Assembly: GCA_964016885.1 (NCBI GenBank)
Contig: CAXHJY010000530.1
Span: 1-64,000, forward strand
From: Eledone cirrhosa
Lineage: Eukaryota
Length of the DNA stretch: 64,000 bases
Direction of reading: 5' to 3'
The notes beneath the pieces were generated by a model, which had not been told where the DNA came from, searched no databases, and saw nothing but the letters and a program-made list of their open reading frames with translations. Made by a program: the position numbers and the translations under genes. Position 1 is the first letter of the stretch. Every line of letters begins with the position of its first letter. This document shows positions 16,050 to 32,140 of the stretch, one piece after another.

Positions 16050-19000
16050 AACAGGTAGATGATACTAACAACTGGGAAGACTGGAACAGGTAGATGATAC
16101 CAACAACTGGGAAGACTGGAACAGGTAGATGATACCAACAACTGGGAAGACGGGAACAGGTAGATGATACCAATAACTGGGAAGACTGGAACAGGTAGAT
16201 GATACCAATAACTGGGAAGACTGGAACAGGTAGATGATACTAACAACTGGGAAGACTGGAACAGGCAGATGATGCTAAAAACTGGGAAGACTGGAACAGG
16301 TAGAAGATACTAACAACTGGGAAGACTGGAACAGGTAGATGATACCAACAACTTGGTAGACTGGAACAGGTAGATGATACTAACAACTGGGAAGACTGAA
16401 ACAGGTAGATGATAATAACAACTGGGAAGACTGAAACAGGTAAATGATACTAACAACTGGGAAGACTGGAACAGGTAGATGATACTAACAACTGGGAAGA
16501 CTGGAACAGGTAGATGATTCTAACAACTGGGAAGACTGGAACAGGTAGATGATACCAATAACTTGGTAGACTGGAACAGGTAGATGATACTAACAACTGG
16601 GAAGACTGGAACAGGTAGATGATAACAACAACTGGGAAGACTGGAACAGGTAGATGATACTAACAACTGGGAAGACTGGAACAGGTAGATGATACCAACA
16701 ACTGGGAAGACTGGAACAGGTAAATGATACTAACAACTGGGAAGACTGGAACAGGTAGAAGATACCAACAACTGGGAAGACTGGAACAGGTAGATGATAC
16801 TAACAACTGGGAAGACTGGAACAGGTAGATGATACTAACAACTGGGAAGACTGGAAGAGGTAGATGATACCAACAACTGGGAAGACTGGAACAGGTAGAT
16901 GATACCAACAACTGGGAAGACTAGAACAGGTAGATGATACTAACAACTGGGAAGACTGGAACAGGTAGAAGATACCAACAACTGGGAAGACTGGAACAGG
17001 TAGATGATACTAACAACTGGGAAGACTGGAACAGGTAGATGATACTAACAATTGGGAAGACTGGAACAGGTAGATGATACTAACAACTGGGAAGACTGGA
17101 ACAGGTAGATGATACCAACAACTGGGAAGACTGGAACAGGTAGATGATACCAACAACTGGGAAGACTGGAACAGGTAGATGATACCAACAACTGGGAAGA
17201 CTGGAACAGGTAGATGATACCAACAACTGGGAAGACTGGAACAGGTAGATGATACCAATAACTGGGAAGACTGGAACAGGTAGATGATACTAACAACTGG
17301 GAAGACTGGAACAGGCAGATGATACTAACAACTGGGAAGACTGGAACAGGTAGAAGATACTAACAACTGGGAAGACTGGAACAGGTAGATGATACTAACA
17401 ACTGGGAAGACTGAAACAGGTAGATGATACCAACCACTGGGAAGACTGGAACAGGTAGATGATACCAACAACTGGGAAGACTGGAACAGGTAGATGATAC
17501 TAACAACTGGGAAGACTGGAACAGGTAGATGATACTAACAACTGGGAAGACTGGAACAGGTAGATGATACCAACAACTGGGAAGGCTGAAACAGGTAGAT
17601 GATAATAACAACTGGGAAGACTGAAACAGGTAAATGATACTAACAACTGGGAAGACTGGAACAGGTAGATGATACTAACAACTGGGAAGACTGGAACAGG
17701 TAGATGATACTAACAACTGGGAAGACTGGAACAGGTAGATGATACTAACAACTGGGAAGACTGGAACAGGTAGATGATACCAATAACTGGGTAGACTGGA
17801 ACAGGTAGATGATACTAACAACTGGGAAGACTGGAACAGGTAGATGATAACAACAACTGGGAAGACTGGAACAGGTAGATGATACTAACAACTGGGAAGA
17901 CTGGAACAGGTAGATGATACCAACAACTGGGAAGACTGGAACAGGTAGATGATACTAACAACTGGGAAGACTGGAACAGGTAGAAGATACCAACAACTGG
18001 GAAGACTGGAACAGGTAGATGATACCAACAACTGGGAAGACTGGAACAGATAGATGATACTAACAACTGGGAAGACTGGAACAGGTAGAAGATACCAACA
18101 ACTGGGAAGACTGGAACAGGTAGATGATACTAATAACTGGGAAGACTGGAACAGGTAGATGATACCAACAACTGGGAAGACTGGAACAGGTAGATCATAC
18201 TAACAACTGGGAAGACTGGAACAGGTAGATGATACCAACAACTGGGAAGACTGGAACAGGTAGATGATACCAACAACTGGGAAGACTGGAACAGGTAGAT
18301 GATACCAACAACTGGGAAGACTGGAACAGGTAGATGATACCAACAACTGGGAAGACTGGAACAGGTAGATGATACCAACAACTGGGAAGACTGGAACAGG
18401 TAGATGATACTAACAACTGGGAAGACTGGAACAGGTAGATGATACCAACAACTGGGAAGACTGGAACAGGTAGATAATACCAACAACTGGGAAGACTGGA
18501 ACAGGTAGATGATACCAACAACTGGGAAGACTGGAACAGGTAGATGATACCAACAACTGGGAAGACTGGAACAGGTAGATGATACCAACAACTGGGAAGA
18601 CTGGAACAGGTAGATGATACCAACAACTGGGAAGACTGGAACAGGTAGATGATACCAACAACTGGGAAGACTGGAACAGGTAGATGATACTAACAACTGG
18701 GAAGACTGGAACAGGTAGATGATACCAACAACTGGGAAGACTGGAACAGGTAGATAATACCAACAACTGGGAAGACTGGAACAGGTAGATAATACCAACA
18801 ACTGGGAAGACTGGAACAGGTAGATGATACCAACAACTGGGAAGACTGGAACAGGTAGATGATACCAACAACTGGGAAGACTGGAACAGGTAGATGATAC
18901 CAACAACTGGGAAGACTGGAACAGGTAGATGATACCAACAACTGGGAAGACTGGAACAGGTAGATGATACCAACAACTGGGAAGACTGGAACAGGTAGAT

Positions 19001-21400
19001 GATACTAACAACTTGGAAGACTGGAACAGGTAGATGATACCAACAACTGGGAAGACTGGAACAGGTAGATGATACCAACAACTGGGAAGACGGGAACAGG
19101 TAGATGATACCAACAACTGGGAAGACTGGAACAGGTAGATGATACCAATAACTGGGAAGACTGGAACAGGTAGATGATACTAACAACTGGGAAGACTGGA
19201 ACAGGCAGATGATGCTAAAAACTGGGAAGACTGGAACAGGTAGAAGATACTAACAACTGGGAAGACTGGAACAGGTAGATGATACCAACAACTGGGTAGA
19301 CTGGAACAGGTAGATGATACTAACAACTGGGAAGACTGAAACAGGTAGATGATAATAACAACTGGGAAGACTGAAACAGGTAAATGATACTAACAACTGG
19401 GAAGACTGGAACAGGTAGATGATACTAACAACTGGGAAGACTGGAACAGGTAGATGATACTAACAACTGGGAAGACTGGAACAGGTAGATGATAACAATA
19501 ACTGGGTAGACTGTAACAGGTAGATGATACTAACAACTGGGAAGACTGGAACAGGTAGATGATAACAACAACTGGGAAGACTGGAACAGGTAGATGATAC
19601 TAACAACTGGGAAGACTGGAACAGGTAGATGATACCAACAACTGGGAAGACTGGAACAGGTAAATGATACTAACAACTGGGAAGACTGGAACAGGTAGAA
19701 GATACCAACAACTGGGAAGACTGGAACAGGTAGATGATACTAACAACTGGGAAGACTGGAACAGGTAGATGATACTAACAACTGGGAAGACTGGAAGAGG
19801 TAGATGATACCAACAACTGGGAAGACTGGAACAGGTAGATGATACCAACAACTGGGAAGACTAGAACAGGTAGATGATACTAACAACTGGGAAGACTGGA
19901 ACAGGTAGAAGATACCAACAACTGGGAAGACTGGAACAGGTAGATGATACTAACAACTGGGAAGACTGGAACAGGTAGATGATACTAACAATTGGGAAGA
20001 CTGGAACAGGTAGATGATACTAACAACTGGGAAGACTGGAACAGGGAGATGATACCAACAACTGGGAAGACTGGAACAGGTAGATGATACCAACAACTGG
20101 GAAGACTGGAACAGGTAGATGATACCAACAACTGGGAAGACTGGAACAGGTAGATGATACCAACAACTGGGAAGACTGGAACAGGTAGATGATACCAATA
20201 ACTGGGAAGACTGGAACAGGTAGATGATACTAACAACTGGGAAGACTGGAACAGGCAGATGATACTAACAACTGGGAAGACTGGAACAGGTAGAAGATAC
20301 TAACAACTGGGAAGACTGGAACAGGTAGATGATACTAACAACTGGGAAGACTGAAACAGGTAGATGATACTAACAACTGGGAAGACTGGAACAGGTAGAT
20401 GATACCAACAACTGGGAAGACTGGAACAGGTAGATGATACCAACAACTGGGAAGACTGGAACAGGTAGATGATACCAACAACTGGGAAGGCTGAAACAGG
20501 TAGATGATAATAACAACTGGGAAGACTGAAACAGGTAAATGATACTAACAACTGGGAAGACTGGAACAGGTAGATGATACTAACAACTGGGAAGACTGGA
20601 ACAGGTAGATGATACTAACAACTGGGAAGACTGGAACAGGTAGATGATACCAATAACTGGGTAGACTGGAACAGGTAGATGATACTAACAACTGGGAAGA
20701 CTGGAACAGGTAGATGATAACAACAACTGGGAAGACTGGAACAGGTAGATGATACTAACAACTGGGAAGACTGGAACAGGTAGATGATACCAACAACTGG
20801 GAAGACTGGAACAGGTAGATGATACTAACAACTGGGAAGACTGGAACAGGTAGAAGATACAAACAAATGGGAAGACTGGAACAGGTAGATGATACCAACA
20901 ACTGGGAAGACTGGAACAGATAGATGATACTAACAACTGGGAAGACTGGAACAGGTAGAAGATACCAACAACTGGGAAGACTGGAACAGGTAGATGATAC
21001 TAATAACTGGGAAGACTGGAACAGGTAGATGATACCAACAACTGGGAAGACTGGAACAGGTAGATCATACTAACAACTGGGAAGACTGGAACAGGTAGAT
21101 GATACCAACAACTGGGAAGACTGGAACAGGTAGATGATACCAACAACTGGGAAGACTGGAACAGGTAGATGATACCAACAACTGGGAAGACTGGAACAGG
21201 TAGATGATACCAACAACTGGGAAGACTGGAACAGGTAGATGATACCAACAACTGGGAAGACTGGAACAGGTAGATGATACTAACAACTGGGAAGAATGGA
21301 ACAGGTAGATGATACCAACAACTGGGAAGACTGGAACAGGTAGATAATACCAACAACTGGGAAGACTGGAACAGGTAGATGATACCAACAACTGGGAAGA
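16050..21400. repeat. Diverged tandem duplication with ~2,940/2,870 bp (84/82 monomer) period
   Basis: cgggaacagg 16151/19091, gatgctaaaa 16271/19211, ggaagagg ~16853/19793; ORFs 16660/19600 and 17815/20685. Confidence 0.85.
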
Positions 21401-24400
21401 CTGGAACAGGTAGATGATACCAATAACTGTGAAGACTGGAACAGGTAGATGATACTAACAACTGGGAAGACTGGAACAGGCAGATGATACTAACAACTGG
21501 GAAGTCTGGAACAGGTAGAAGATACTAACAACTGGGAAGACTGGAACAGGTAGATGATACCAACAACTGGGTAGACTGGAACAGGTAGATGATACTAACA
21601 ACTGGGAAGACTGAAACAGGTAGATGATACTAACAACTGGGAAGACAGAAACAGGTAAATGATACTAACAACTGGGAAGACTGGAACAGGTAGATGATAC
21701 TAACAACTGGGAAGACTGGAACAGGTAGATGATACCAACAACTGGGAAGACTGGAACAGGTAGATGATACTAACAACTGGGAAGACTGGAACAGGTAGAT
21801 GATACCAACAACTGGGAAGACTGGAACAGGTAGATGATACTAACAACTGGGAAGACTGGAACAGGTAGATGATACCAACAACTGGGAAGACTGGAACAGG
21901 TAGATGATACCAACAACTGGGAAGACTGGAACAGGTAGATGATACTAACAACTGGGAAGACTGGAACAGGTAGATGATACCAACAACTGGGAAGACTGGA
22001 ACAGGTTGAAGATACCAACAACTGGGAAGACTGGAACAGGTAGATGATACCAACAACTGGGAAGACTGAAACAGGTAGATGATAATAACAACTGGGAAGA
22101 CTGGAACAGGTAGATGATACTAACAACTGGGAAGACTGGAACAGGTAGATGATACTAACAACTGGGAAGACAGGAACAGGTAGATGATACCAACAACTGG
22201 GAAGACTAGAACAGGTAGATGATACCAACAACTGGGAAGACTGGAACAGGTAGATGATACCAATAACTGGGAAGACTGGAACAGGTAGATGATACTAACA
22301 ACTGGGAAGACTGGAACAGGCAGATGATACTAACAACTGGGAAGACTGGAACAGGTAGAAGATACTAACAACTGGGAAGACTGGAACAGGTAGATGATAC
22401 CAACAACTGGGTAGACTGGAACAGGTAGATGATACTAACAACTGGGAAGACTGAAACAGGTAGATGATACTAACAACTGGGAAGACTGAAACAGGTAAAT
22501 GATACTAACAACTGGGAAGACTGGAACAGGTAGATGATACTAACAACTGGGAAGACTGGAACAGGTAGATGATACCAACAACTGGGAAGACTGGAACAGG
22601 TAGATGATACTAACAACTGGGAAGACTGGAACAGGTAGATGATACTAACAACTGGGAAGACTGGAACAGGTAGATGATACCAACAACTGGGAAGACTGGA
22701 ACAGGTAGATGATACTAACAACTGGGAAGACTGGAACAGGTAGATGATACCAACAACTGGGAAGACTGGAACAGGTAGATGATACCAACAACTGGGAAGA
22801 CTGGAACAGGTAGATGATACTAACAACTGGGAAGACTGGAACAGGTAGATGATACCAACAACTGGGAAGACTGGAACAGGTAGATGATACCAACAACTGG
22901 GAAGACTGGAACAGGTAGATGATACCAACAACTGGGAAGACTGAAACAGGTAGATGATAATAACAACTGGGAAGACTGAAACAGGTAAATGATACTAACA
23001 ACTGGGAAGACTGGAACAGGTAGATGATACTAACAACTGGGAAGACTGAAACAGGTAGATGATACTAACAACTGGGAAGACTGGAACAGGTAGATGATAC
23101 CAATAACTGGGTAGACTGGAACAGGTAGATGATACTAACAACTGGGAAGACTGGAACAGGTAGATGATAACAACAACTGGGAAGACTGAAACAGGTAGAT
23201 GATACTAACAACTGGGAAGACTGGAACAGGTAGATGATACCAACAACTGGGAAGACTGGAACAGGTAGATGACACCAACAACTGGGAAGACTGGAACAGG
23301 TAGATGATACTAACAACTGGGAAGACTGGAACAGGTAGATGATACTAACAACTGGGAAGACTGGAACAGGTAGAAGATACCAACAACTGGGAAGACTGGA
23401 ACAGGTAGATGATACTAACAACTGGGAAGACTGGAACAGGTAGATGATACTAACAACTGGGAAGACTGGAAGAGGTAGATGATACCAACAACTGGGAAGA
23501 CTGGAACAGGTAGATGATACCAACAACTGGGAAGACTAGAACAGGTAGATGATACTAACAACTGGGAAGACTGGAACAGGTAGAAGATACCAACAACTGG
23601 GAAGACTGGAACAGGTAGATGATACTAACAACTGGGAAGACTGGAACAGGTAGATGATACTAACAATTGGGAAGACTGGAACAGGTAGATGATACTAACA
23701 ACTGGGAAGACTGGAACAGGGAGATGATACCAACAACTGGGAAGACTGGAACAGGTAGATGATACCAACAACTGGGAAGACTGGAACAGGTAGATGATAC
23801 CAACAACTGGGAAGACTGGAACAGGTAGATGATACCAACAACTGGGAAGACTGGAACAGGTAGATGATACCAATAACTGGGAAGACTGGAACAGGTAGAT
23901 GATACTAACAACTGGGAAGACTGGAACAGGCAGATGATACTAACAACTGGGAAGACTGGAACAGGTAGAAGATACTAACAACTGGGAAGACTGGAACAGG
24001 TAGATGATACTAACAACTGGGAAGACTGAAACAGGTAGATGATACTAACAACTGGGAAGACTGGAACAGGTAGATGATACCAACAACTGGGAAGACTGGA
24101 ACAGGTAGATGATACCAACAACTGGGAAGACTGGAACAGGTAGATGATACCAACAACTGGGAAGGCTGAAACAGGTAGATGATAATAACAACTGGGAAGA
24201 CTGAAACAGGTAAATGATACTAACAACTGGGAAGACTGGAACAGGTAGATGATACTAACAACTGGGAAGACTGGAACAGGTAGATGATACTAACAACTGG
24301 GAAGACTGGAACAGGTAGATGATACCAATAACTGGGTAGACTGGAACAGGTAGATGATACTAACAACTGGGAAGACTGGAACAGGTAGATGATAACAACA

Positions 24401-27050
24401 ACTGGGAAGACTGGAACAGGTAGATGATACTAACAACTGGGAAGACTGGAACAGGTAGATGATACCAACAACTGGGAAGACTGGAACAGGTAGATGATAC
24501 TAACAACTGGGAAGACTGGAACAGGTAGAAGATACAAACAAATGGGAAGACTGGAACAGGTAGATGATACCAACAACTGGGAAGACTGGAACAGATAGAT
24601 GATACTAACAACTGGGAAGACTGGAACAGGTAGAAGATACCAACAACTGGGAAGACTGGAACAGGTAGATGATACTAATAACTGGGAAGACTGGAACAGG
24701 TAGATGATACCAACAACTGGGAAGACTGGAACAGGTAGATCATACTAACAACTGGGAAGACTGGAACAGGTAGATGATACCAACAACTGGGAAGACTGGA
24801 ACAGGTAGATGATACCAACAACTGGGAAGACTGGAACAGGTAGATGATACCAACAACTGGGAAGACTGGAACAGGTAGATGATACCAACAACTGGGAAGA
24901 CTGGAACAGGTAGATGATACCAACAACTGGGAAGACTGGAACAGGTAGATGATACTAACAACTGGGAAGAATGGAACAGGTAGATGATACCAACAACTGG
25001 GAAGACTGGAACAGGTAGATAATACCAACAACTGGGAAGACTGGAACAGGTAGATGATACCAACAACTGGGAAGACTGGAACAGGTAGATGATACCAATA
25101 ACTGTGAAGACTGGAACAGGTAGATGATACTAACAACTGGGAAGACTGGAACAGGCAGATGATACTAACAACTGGGAAGTCTGGAACAGGTAGAAGATAC
25201 TAACAACTGGGAAGACTGGAACAGGTAGATGATACCAACAACTGGGTAGACTGGAACAGGTAGATGATACTAACAACTGGGAAGACTGAAACAGGTAGAT
25301 GATACTAACAACTGGGAAGACAGAAACAGGTAAATGATACTAACAACTGGGAAGACTGGAACAGGTAGATGATACTAACAACTGGGAAGACTGGAACAGG
25401 TAGATGATACCAACAACTGGGAAGACTGGAACAGGTAGATGATACTAACAACTGGGAAGACTGGAACAGGTAGATGATACCAACAACTGGGAAGACTGGA
25501 ACAGGTAGATGATACTAACAACTGGGAAGACTGGAACAGGTAGATGATACCAACAACTGGGAAGACTGGAACAGGTAGATGATACCAACAACTGGGAAGA
25601 CTGGAACAGGTAGATGATACTAACAACTGGGAAGACTGGAACAGGTAGATGATACCAACAACTGGGAAGACTGGAACAGGTTGAAGATACCAACAACTGG
25701 GAAGACTGGAACAGGTAGATGATACCAACAACTGGGAAGACTGAAACAGGTAGATGATAATAACAACTGGGAAGACTGGAACAGGTAGATGATACTAACA
25801 ACTGGGAAGACTGGAACAGGTAGATGATACTAACAACTGGGAAGACAGGAACAGGTAGATGATACCAACAACTGGGAAGACTAGAACAGGTAGATGATAC
25901 CAACAACTGGGAAGACTGGAACAGGTAGATGATACCAATAACTGGGAAGACTGGAACAGGTAGATGATACTAACAACTGGGAAGACTGGAACAGGCAGAT
26001 GATACTAACAACTGGGAAGACTGGAACAGGTAGAAGATACTAACAACTGGGAAGACTGGAACAGGTAGATGATACCAACAACTGGGTAGACTGGAACAGG
26101 TAGATGATACTAACAACTGGGAAGACTGAAACAGGTAGATGATACTAACAACTGGGAAGACTGAAACAGGTAAATGATACTAACAACTGGGAAGACTGGA
26201 ACAGGTAGATGATACTAACAACTGGGAAGACTGGAACAGGTAGATGATACCAACAACTGGGAAGACTGGAACAGGTAGATGATACTAACAACTGGGAAGA
26301 CTGGAACAGGTAGATGATACTAACAACTGGGAAGACTGGAACAGGTAGATGATACCAACAACTGGGAAGACTGGAACAGGTAGATGATACTAACAACTGG
26401 GAAGACTGGAACAGGTAGATGATACCAACAACTGGGAAGACTGGAACAGGTAGATGATACCAACAACTGGGAAGACTGGAACAGGTAGATGATACTAACA
26501 ACTGGGAAGACTGGAACAGGTAGATGATACCAACAACTGGGAAGACTGGAACAGGTAGATGATACCAACAACTGGGAAGACTGGAACAGGTAGATGATAC
26601 CAACAACTGGGAAGACTGAAACAGGTAGATGATAATAACAACTGGGAAGACTGAAACAGGTAAATGATACTAACAACTGGGAAGACTGGAACAGGTAGAT
26701 GATACTAACAACTGGGAAGACTGAAACAGGTAGATGATACTAACAACTGGGAAGACTGGAACAGGTAGATGATACCAATAACTGGGTAGACTGGAACAGG
26801 TAGATGATACTAACAACTGGGAAGACTGGAACAGGTAGATGATAACAACAACTGGGAAGACTGAAACAGGTAGATGATACTAACAACTGGGAAGACTGGA
26901 ACAGGTAGATGATACCAACAACTGGGAAGACTGGAACAGGTAGATGACACCAACAACTGGGAAGACTGGAACAGGTAGATGATACTAACAACTGGGAAGA
27001 CTGGAACAGGTAGATGATACTAACAACTGGGAAGACTGGAACAGGTAGAA
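19700..27050. repeat. Direct tandem duplication of a 3,675-bp (105-monomer) block
   Basis: Markers at +3,675: ggaagagg ~19793/23468, cagggag 20042/23717, aaacaaatgg 20861/24536, ctgtgaag ~21427/25102, gacacc 23271/26946. ORF pairs 19950/23625 and 22470/26145 agree. Confidence 0.93.
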
Positions 27051-29199
27051 GATACCAACAACTGGGAAGACTGGAACAGGTAGATGATACTAACAACTGG
27101 GAAGACTGGAACAGGTAGATGATACTAACAACTGGGAAGACTGGAACAGGTAGATGATACCAACAACTGGGAAGACTGGAACAGGTAGATGATACCAACA
27201 ACTGGGAAGACTGGAACAGGTAGATGATACCAACAACTGGGAAGACTAGAACAGGTAGATGATACTAACAACTGGGAAGACTGGAACAGGTAGAAGATAC
27301 CAAAAACTGGGAAGACTGGAACAGGTAGATGATACCAACAACTGGGATGACTGGAACAGGTAGATGATACTAACAACTGGGAAGACTGGAACAGGTAGAT
27401 GATACTAACAACTGGGAAGACTGGAACAGGTAGATGATACTAACAACTGGGAAGACTGGAACAGGTAGATGATACCAACAACTGGGAAGACTGGAACATG
27501 TAGATGATACCAACAACTGGGAAGACTGGAACAGGTAGATGATACTAACAACTGGGAAGACTGGAACAGGTAGAAGATACCAACAACTGGGAAGACTGGA
27601 ACAGGTAGATGATACCAACAACTGGGAAGACTGGAACAGGTAGATGATACCAACAACTGGGAAGACTGGAACAGGTAGATGATACCAACAACTGGGAAGA
27701 CTGGAACAGGTAGATGATACCAGCAACTGGGAAGACTAGAACAGGTAGATGATACTAACAACTGGGAAGACTGGAACAGGTAGAAGATACCAAAAACTGG
27801 GAAGACTGGAACAGGTAGATGATACCAACAACTGGGAAGACTGGAACAGGTAGATGATACTAACAACTGGGAAGACTGGAACAGCTAGATGATACTAACA
27901 ACTGGGAAGACTGGAACAGGTAGAAGATACCAAAAACTGGGAAGACTGGAACAGGTAGATGATACCAACAACTGGGAAGACTGGAACAGGTAGATTATAC
28001 TAACAACTGGGAAGACTGGAACAGGTAGATGATACTAACAACTGGGAAGACTGGAACAGGTAGATGATACTAACAACTGGGAAGACTGAAACAGGTAGAT
28101 GATACTAACAACTGGGAAGACTGAAACAGGTAGATGATACCAACAACTGGGAAGACTGGAACAGGTAGATGATACCAACAACTGGGAAGACTGGAACAGG
28201 TAGATGATACCAACAACTGGGAAGGCTGAAACAGGTAGATGATAATAACAACTGGGAAGACTGAAACAGGTAAATGATACTAACAACTGGGAAGACTGGA
28301 ACAGGTAGATGATACTAACAACTGGGAAGACTGGAACAGGTAGATGATACTAACAACTGGGAAGACTGGAACAGGTAGATGATACCAATAACTGGGTAGA
28401 CTGGAACAGGTAGATGATACTAACAACTGGGAAGACTGGAACAGGTAGATGATAACAACAACTGGGAAGACTGGAACAGGTAGATGATACTAACAACTGG
28501 GAAGACTGGAACAGGTAGATGATACCAACAACTGGGAAGACTGGAACAGGTAGATGATACTAACAACTGGGAAGACTGGAACAGGTAGAAGATACCAACA
28601 ACTGGGAAGACTGGAACAGGTAGATGATACCAACAACTGGGAAGACTGGAACAGATAGATGATACTAACAACTGGGAAGACTGGAACAGGTAGAAGATAC
28701 CAACAACTGGGAAGACTGGAACAGGTAGATGATACTAATAACTGGGAAGACTGGAACAGGTAGATGATACCAACAACTGGGAAGACTGCAACAGGTAGAT
28801 CATACTAACAACTGGGAAGACTGGAACAGGTAGATGATACCAACAACTGGGAAGACTGGAACAGGTAGATGATACCAACAACTGGGAAGACTGGAACAGG
28901 TAGATGATACCAACAACTGGGAAGACTGGAACAGGTAGATGATACTAACAACTGGGAAGACTGGAACAGGTAGATGATACCAACAACTGGGAAGACTGGA
29001 ACAGGTAGATAATACCAACAACTGGGAAGACTGGAACAGGTAGATGATACCAACAACTGGGAAGACTGGAACAGGTAGATGATACCAATAACTGGGAAGA
29101 CTGGAACAGGTAGATGATACTAACAACTGGGAAGACTGGAACAGGCAGATGATACTAACAACTGGGAAGTCTGGAACAGGTAGAAGATACTAACAACTG

Positions 29200-32140
29200 G
29201 GAAGACTGAAACAGGTAGATGATACTAACAACTGGGAAGACTGAAACAGGTAAATGATACTAACAACTGGGAAGACTGGAACAGGTAGATGATACTAACA
29301 ACTGGGAAGACTGGAACAGGTAGATGATACCAACAACTGGGAAGACTGGAACAGGTAGATGATACTAACAACTGGGAAGACTGGAACAGGTAGATGATAC
29401 CAACAACTGGGAAGACTGGAACAGGTAGATGATACTAACAACTGGGAAGACTGGAACAGGTAGATGATACCAACAACTGGGAAGACTGGAACAGGTAGAT
29501 GATACCAACAACTGGGAAGACTGGAACAGGTAGATGATACTAACAACTGGGAAGACTGGAACAGGTAGATGATACCAACAACTGGGAAGACTGGAACAGG
29601 TAGATGATACCAACAACTGGGAAGACTGGAACAGGTAGATGATACCAGCAACTGGGAAGACTGAAACAGGTAGATGATAATAACAACTGGGAAGACTGAA
29701 ACAGGTAAATGATACAAACAACTGGGAAGACTGGAACAGGTAGATGATACTAACAACTGGGAAGACTGGAACAGGTAGATGATACTAACAACTGGGAAGA
29801 CAGGAACAGGTAGATGATACCAACAACTGGGAAGACTAGAACAGGTAGATGATACCAACAACTGGGAAGACTGGAACAGGTAGATGATACCAATAACTGG
29901 GAAGACTGGAACAGGTAGATGATACTAACAACTGGGAAGACTGGAACAGGCAGATGATACTAACAACTGGGAAGACTGGAACAGGTAGAAGATACTAACA
30001 ACTGGGAAGACTGGAACAGGTAGATGATACCAACAACTGGGTCGACTGGAACAGGTAGATGATACTAACAACTGGGAAGACTGAAACAGGTAGATGATAC
30101 TAACAACTGGGAAGACTGTAACAGGTAAATGATACTAACAACTGGGAAGACTGGAACAGGTAGATGATACTAACAACTGGGAAGACTGGAACAGGTAGAT
30201 GATACCAACAACTGGGAAGACTGGAACAGGTAGATGATACTAACAACTGGGAAGACTGGAACAGGTAGATGATACCAACAACTGGGAAGACTGGAACAGG
30301 TAGATGATACTAACAACTGGGAAGACTGGAACAGGTAGATGATACCAACAACTGGGAAGACTGGAACAGGTAGATGATACCAACAACTGGGAAGACTGGA
30401 ACAGGTAGATGATACTAACAACTGGGAAGACTGGAACAGGTAGATGATACCAACAACTGGGAAGACTGGAACAGGTAGATGATACCAACAACTGGGAAGA
30501 CTGGAACAGGTAGATGATACCAACAACTGGGAAGACTGAAACAGGTAGATGATAATAACAACTGGGAAGACTGAAACAGGTAAATGATACTAACAACTGG
30601 GAAGACTGGAACAGGTAGATGATACTAACAACTGGGAAGACTGAAACAGGTAGATGATACTAACAACTGGGAAGACTGGAACAGGTAGATGATACTAACA
30701 ACTGGGAAGACTGAAACAGGTAAATGATACTAACAACTGGGAAGACTGGAACAGGTAGATGATACTAACAACTGGGAAGACTGGAACAGGTAGATGATAC
30801 CAACAACTGGGAAGACTGGAACAGGTAGATGATACTAACAACTGGGAAGACTGGAACAGGTAGATGATACCAACAACTGGGAAGACTGGAACAGGTAGAT
30901 GATACTAACAACTGGGAAGACTGGAACAGGTAGATGATACCAACAACTGGGAAGACTGGAACAGGTAGATGATACCAACAACTGGGAAGACTGGAACAGG
31001 TAGATGATACTAACAACTGGGAAGACTGGAACAGGTAGATGATACCAACAACTGGGAAGACTGGAACAGGTAGATGATACCAACAACTGGGAAGACTGGA
31101 ACAGGTAGATGATACCAGCAACTGGGAAGACTGAAACAGGTAGATGATAATAACAACTGGGAAGACTGAAACAGGTAAATGATACAAACAACTGGGAAGA
31201 CTGGAACAGGTAGATGATACTAACAACTGGGAAGACTGGAACAGGTAGATGATACTAACAACTGGGAAGACAGGAACAGGTAGATGATACCAACAACTGG
31301 GAAGACTAGAACAGGTAGATGATACCAACAACTGGGAAGACTGGAACAGGTAGATGATACCAATAACTGGGAAGACTGGAACAGGTAGATGATACTAACA
31401 ACTGGGAAGACTGGAACAGGCAGATGATACTAACAACTGGGAAGACTGGAACAGGTAGAAGATACTAACAACTGGGAAGACTGGAACAGGTAGATGATAC
31501 CAACAACTGGGTAGACTGGAACAGGTAGATGATACTAACAACTGGGAAGACTGAAACAGGTAGATGATACTAACAACTGGGAAGACTGAAACAGGTAAAT
31601 GATACTAACAACTGGGAAGACTGGAACAGGTAGATGATACTAACAACTGGGAAGACTGGAACAGGTAGATGATACCAACAACTGGGAAGACTGGAACAGG
31701 TAGATGATACTAACAACTGGGAAGACTGGAACAGGTAGATGATACCAACAACTGGGAAGACTGGAACAGGTAGATGATACTAACAACTGGGAAGACTGGA
31801 ACAGGTAGATGATACCAACAACTGGGAAGACTGGAACAGGTAGATGATACCAACAACTGGGAAGACTGGAACAGGTAGATGATACTAACAACTGGGAAGA
31901 CTGGAACAGGTAGATGATACCAACAACTGGGAAGACTGGAACAGGTAGATGATACCAACAACTGGGAAGACTGGAACAGGTAGATGATACCAACAACTGG
32001 GAAGACTGAAACAGGTAGATGATAATAACAACTGGGAAGACTGAAACAGGTAAATGATACTAACAACTGGGAAGACTGGAACAGGTAGATGATACTAACA
32101 ACTGGGAAGACTGAAACAGGTAGATGATACTAACAACTGG
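29200..32140. repeat. Tandem duplication of a 1,470-bp (42-monomer) block; also present in macro-copy 2 (~57130-60070)
   Basis: gataccagca 29641/31111, gatacaaaca 29711/31181, caggaacagg 29801/31271; ORFs 29295/30765 and 30170/31640. Confidence 0.9.
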
